NCBI RefSeq assembly: GCF_001194135.2
Contig: NC_068990.1
Span: 56,687,470-56,724,184, forward strand
DNA: 36,715 nucleotides
Origin: Octopus bimaculoides
Lineage: Eukaryota
Reading direction: 5' to 3'
The number at the start of each line of letters is the position of its first letter. Positions within the stretch are counted from its first letter, which is position 1. The notes under the pieces are model-generated. The model worked only from the letters and a program-made list of their open reading frames with translations. It was not told the DNA's origin and made no database searches. The translations under genes and the position numbers were made by a program. Positions 33,886 through 36,715 of this stretch are shown here, piece by piece.

Positions 33886-35818
33886 CTGGTGCCATGCAAA
33901 AAGCACCTGTGCTAGTGCCATGTATAAAGCACCCACGATGGTGCCACATATAATGGTTGGTAGGATTAACAACAAATTTTTTCAGTGAAAGTGGCTTGTT
34001 AACGTACCTGTCTGGCACTAGAATAAGAATAGTTGAAGTATTTTAAATCTGTCACCCATCATCATTTCTATACAGCCAATCGAGGGATTTTCCCTGGCTA
34101 TTTTATAGAATTAATGGAGGACTGAGTTCAAATCCAAATGTCCACTGAAATTTCAATTCTATGATCTGTAGAACTAAATCCAAACTTCTGTTCAGCTATG
34201 GTGATTATAATAGTAATTTCACTTGTTGAGTTTCAGCTGATTTTCACTGCTTAATTACTAGTGTGATCATCTCCAAAAAAGTGATTCTTGTATTCACAGA
34301 TGATAACCCACCTTTCATAAAACTTGTATGAATTGCAAAAGTTTTAGGGAATAGTATTCATAACACAAAAGATGAACAACCTCTCTTGTAATCTGTGTGA
34401 CCATCTTTGACATCATATCATATGCATGTACTTACAGCTTGTAATTTAGCTTAACCATTACGTTTGTTTTAGTTTATTTGATTTAAATAATAATCTCTCT
34501 TTATGGATAGAAAAACAAGGAGTTTCTAGACAATGAAGGATTAATGCACTGTGAAACATTTATGCCTGTGGGTCTGTACATATGTATATATTTATGTCAT
34601 ATGTAAACAAACTTAAGTTTGTTTTTGAAATACTGAAATGTATTGAAGTACAAGTAGAAAGATATATTTTTTTCAACACGTAAATACTGATAGAACAGAG
34701 CAGAAAAATCTGTCAGCAGCCATATATATGTATGTACACACACACATGTATATGTATATAATAGATATCATACACTACATATTATTTATTGAATATACTG
34801 ATGTTTTAATATAAAGTACATCTACAATTTTAGTCTCACTACAAAATGCAAGCAAAGATAAACAAATGTTTTTATCTCTCAGTGAGCAGATATATTGGAA
34901 TTTTCTTAATCAGTTTAATCTTTGGATATCCATTAAAGATATCTTTTCTCTGCTCGTGGAGAGACTGATAGTTTATAGATATCTATTTGAATCACAGACC
35001 AGGACTCAGCCAAACTGGCTTGTATCATTTGCTAAGCTATGTAATCATTAATAACTTAGTTCATTATACAGTCATCTCTCAACACTACATTTATTGGATA
35101 TTGTGAATTCTTAATGTAATATTTATATGGGCAGAGGAAATGAGTAATTATAATCTGATGAATCTCCAAACAGAAATGAAACTGGTCAAGGTAATCCAGA
35201 TTTTTTTCCTGTCCACAGAGAGATAGAAATAATTTACTTAAGTTTCTCAGAGGGACTAAAGCTGGAGATATATGTCAGACACTTGTACAGTTTCTGCTTG
35301 CCTACTTTCTACACACAGGTAATGGTCAACTAGATGTTAAGTTAGAGGATAATAATTCAAATTGCAGCACAGTAGAGTCAAACCTGCAATCATCATGGTT
35401 TTGCAGTGAAACTCCTTAACTACATAGCTATGCCTGTGCTTGATGTAAATGACAAAAAACTTATGAAGAATACATCAGTATCTTTTCACTTTAATAAGAT
35501 TTGGAATTTTAATTGTGTAACTTTATATCATCAATTTATGGATTCGATGCATGAAGAAATGTAACAGTTTGTGTAATGTGGGACAGTTGAGATAAGACCA
35601 GAGAACTAGGGATACCTGAAGATAGTCAGCATTGTATCAGAGATCAGACTAATTAGTTCATTTCTAGCCATACAAATCGATTTTTTTCCTGTGCAATTTG
35701 CTTCAAATAAGCAAACTACTTCAAATTTACAATCTCTCTAATTTTAATTGACTTCTGTTAATGTTTCAGGTTTCTAAAAAGATTCAAAATTAATAAAGTT
35801 TACAAAGTTAAAGTTATA

Positions 35819-36200
35819 GGCGTAGGAGTGGCTGTGTGGTAAGTAGCTTGCTTACCAACCACATGGTTCCGGGTTCAGTCCCACTGTATGGTATCATGGG
35901 CAAGTATCTTCTACTATTGCCTCGGGTCAACCAAAGCCTTGTAAGTAGATTTGGTAGACAGAAACTGAAAGAAGTCCGTCGTATATATATATATGTATGT
36001 GTGTGTATATGTTTGTCCCCCAACATCGCTTGACAACCGATGCTGGTGTGTTTACGTCCCGTAACTTAGCAGTTCGGCAAAAAAGACTGATAGAATAAGT
36101 ACTAGGCTTACAAAGAATAAGTCCTGAGGTAAATTTGCTCGACTAAAGGCGGTGCTCCAGCATGGCCACAGTCAAATGACTGAAACAAGTAAAAGAGTAA
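35819..36200 (+). mobile_element. tRNA-derived SINE family A, full length, best-preserved copy
   Basis: A-box TGGCTGTGTGG, B-box GGTTCAGTCCC, CORE-like ATGGGCAAGT..CTTCT, internal (TA)/(TG) tract, 3' CAAATGACTGAAACAAGTAAAAGAG. Resembles octopus tRNA/CORE-type SINEs (family name not verified). Confidence 0.9.
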
Positions 36201-36344
36201 ATATTGGCCAAACAAACTTTTATAGCCGTTATACGGAATCTTTATGATTGGCTTCTTATGTTTTTCAAATATTTAGAAGAGTGATCCATGGATAAACTCA
36301 GAGAATAAAGTCTGACACTAAATGTGCCACAGAATGTCCACTCC

Positions 36345-36460
36345 ATAGGTTCAGTTCTACTGTGTGACACCTTCTGCAAGTGTCTTCTACCACAGTCTTC
36401 TTCTGACCAAAGCCTTGTGAGTAGAATTGGCAGACAGAAAGTGAAAGAAGCTCATTGTGC
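36345..36460 (+). mobile_element. SINE family A, central fragment
   Basis: GGTTCAGTTCTACTGTGTGACACCTT..GACCAAAGCCTTGTGAGTAG..GAAAGAAGC followed by (TA)n. Confidence 0.8.
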
Positions 36461-36676
36461 ATATATATATATATATATATAAATCATGAAGGTGGGTATT
36501 TGCAATTTACAACCAAAAAGCACAAGTATAATCATCCCTAAAGGGACTAAGGGTTAGCATTGGCATTGTTAGAAATAAGAGGCAAAACAACGCTTAGCCA
36601 CGGGCAAGCACTTATCTAATGACTATATATGTACATATATATACATACATATATACATACATACATATACATATAA

Positions 36677-36715
<39 letters not shown>

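Noticed and set aside
35155-35187. Third hammerhead (CTGATGA..GAAAC-TG-GTC)
   Set aside because: Stem I does not pair and stem II is weak; probably a chance core match.

Overview
AT-rich eukaryotic genomic DNA, dense in microsatellites and transposable elements, with three assembly gaps (7139-8126, 17696-17886, 31909-32152). No host protein-coding gene can be supported; the ORF track is mostly microsatellite, N-run or broken transposon translation. The SINE and RTE-tail families resemble those I recognise from octopod cephalopods (inference, not database-checked). Decayed elements identified: two mariners, a DD37D maT element, a Merlin (IS1595-like) transposase remnant, RTE LINEs and many RTE 3' tails, an L1/Tx1 remnant, an R4/Dong-like endonuclease remnant, a Ty3/gypsy LTR+PBS+gag stub, three tRNA-derived SINE families and two foldback elements. 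The most interesting signals are two hammerhead-ribozyme motifs of the minimal Penelope-associated type (24033-24078 and 30203-30292). The first lies downstream of a head-to-head palindrome of tRNA-like Pol III promoters, suggesting a tRNA-head + hammerhead non-autonomous retroelement. Coordinates were counted by eye; degenerate element boundaries are approximate.
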